Shown here: in pieces, positions 15,955 through 19,034 of the stretch
Numbering within the stretch: position 1 is the first letter of the stretch
Layout: every line of letters starts with the position of its first letter
From: a virus
Taxonomy: Duplodnaviria > Heunggongvirae > Uroviricota > Caudoviricetes
IMG/VR virus record: IMGVR_UViG_2740892047_000005
Length of the DNA stretch: 19,034 nucleotides
Strand: one strand, 5' to 3'
Translations under genes and position numbers: made by a program
The notes under the pieces: generated by a model
Told to the model about the DNA's origin: nothing
The model's input: only the letters and a program-made list of their open reading frames with translations
Databases searched by the model: none

Positions 15955-19034
<3,080 letters not shown>

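Overview
This window is a contiguous stretch of a mosaic lambdoid (lambda-like) prophage or phage genome, read in lambda order from the recombination genes to the head genes across cos. From memory (no search was run), bet, gam, O, P, cos, nu1, A, W and B are near-identical to phage lambda. The nin/Q/lysis block (ybcN, ninE, ybcO, rusA, ylcG, quuD-type Q, nmpC-like porin, pinholin, SAR endolysin, Rz/Rz1) resembles the E. coli DLP12 prophage. The immunity region is different from lambda: a LexA-like CI repressor, a Cro-like HTH protein and a YdaT-like protein, with a clear array of 14-bp palindromic operators at 25-bp spacing on both flanks and a lipoprotein gene in the rexAB position. The main finding is a visibly AT-rich insertion (about 5573-8340) that truncates ren and carries a two-gene minus-strand operon: a roughly 4-TM membrane protein followed by a 325-aa soluble protein with no recognisable catalytic motif. 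This is a strong candidate anti-phage defence cassette, possibly Kiwa-like (KwaA/KwaB), but that assignment is architectural only and needs an HMM or structure search. No tRNA, rRNA or CRISPR array was seen. All coordinates were derived by hand from the sequence and the ORF track.
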